The notes under the pieces are model-generated. The model was given only the letters and a program-made list of their open reading frames with translations. It was not told the DNA's origin and did no database searches. The position numbers were made by a program, and so were the translations under genes. DNA of 64,000 nucleotides from Vicugna vicugna (taxonomy: Eukaryota): the NCBI GenBank assembly GCA_013265495.1, contig MU058198.1, forward strand, positions 4,851,779 to 4,915,778. The letters are read 5' to 3'. Shown here piece by piece: positions 63,213-64,000 of the stretch; positions within the stretch are counted from its first letter, which is position 1; the number at the start of each line of letters is the position of its first letter.

Positions 63213-64000
63213 TTCTTTTCAGCTTTATTGAGGTATAATTGACAAGCAAAAATTATATATACTTAAGGTATGAAACTTGATGTTTTGAAGTATGTTTACA
63301 TTATGAAATAATCACTACAATCAAAAGAATTAACATTTCCTTCATCTCAGAACTTCATGTAACCATTCTCTTCCTCCCTTCCTCCTCGCTCCCTTCTTCC
63401 CTCCTTCCTTCCTTGCTTCCTGTGGTGAGAACCTTTAAGATCTACCCTCTTAGCAAACTTCAAATATACAACACAGTATTGTTAATTACAGTCACATTGT
63501 TGTACATTAGATTTAAAGAACTTAATCATGTTACATAATTGAAACTTTGTACCTTGACTAATATCTCCTCATTTTCTCCTTGCTAGATCCGTATAAATGA
63601 GATTCTATAGTATTTGTCTTCCTGTGTCTGGCTTATTTCAGTTAGCATAAAGTCCTAGGGGTTCATTCATGTGCACATAGCAGGATTTTATTCTTTTTTA
63701 AGACTGAATAATATTAATATAATAATATATATTTTTATTAATACTATTCTTTGTATGTCACACTTTATTTATCCATTCACTCATCAATGGACATTTAGAT
63801 GATTTCTATGTCACAGCTATTGTGAATAACGCTGCCATGGACATAGGGATGCATGTATCTTTTTGAATGAATGTTTTTGGTTTCTTTGGATAAATACCCA
63901 GGAATGAAATTGCTGTATCATCTAATAGTTCTATTTTTAGTTTCTTGAGGAACCTCCATACCGTTTTCCATAATGGTTGTATCAATTTACATTCTCATCA
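63213..64000 (-). mobile_element. L1MA-like 3' end, runs off the window
   Basis: CAGCTTTATTGAGGTATAATTGACAA...GTGGTGAGAACCTTTAAGATCTACCCTCTTAGCAAAC. Confidence 0.9.

Noticed and set aside
63706..63749. AT-rich quasi-palindrome
   Set aside because: Low-complexity expansion within an L1 fragment; no sign of function

Overview
Non-coding mammalian genomic DNA, most likely camelid, judged from a tRNA-Ala-derived Vic-1-type SINE at ~38.07 kb and several lineage-type L1 3' ends. Roughly half the window is recognisable transposable-element debris: L1 of several ages, L2, MIR, MLT1/MLT2 and ERV1 solo LTRs, and hAT-Charlie MITEs. L1 and LTR copies lie mostly on the - strand, as expected inside a long intron of a + strand gene. 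No intact protein-coding ORF is supported; the only protein-like ORFs in the track are L1 ORF2 remnants. The best gene-structure signal is a candidate alternative last exon at 19011-19290 (strong acceptor, UGUA cluster, AATAAA), and I cannot name the host gene. Several repeat-free, motif-dense blocks look like developmental enhancers. The clearest structural oddities are an L1 3' transduction (39196-39654) and a locally templated ~50-bp insertion between palindromic repeats (40962-41051). I found no convincing new biological system. Repeat family names come from recalled consensus sequences and old-repeat boundaries are approximate.
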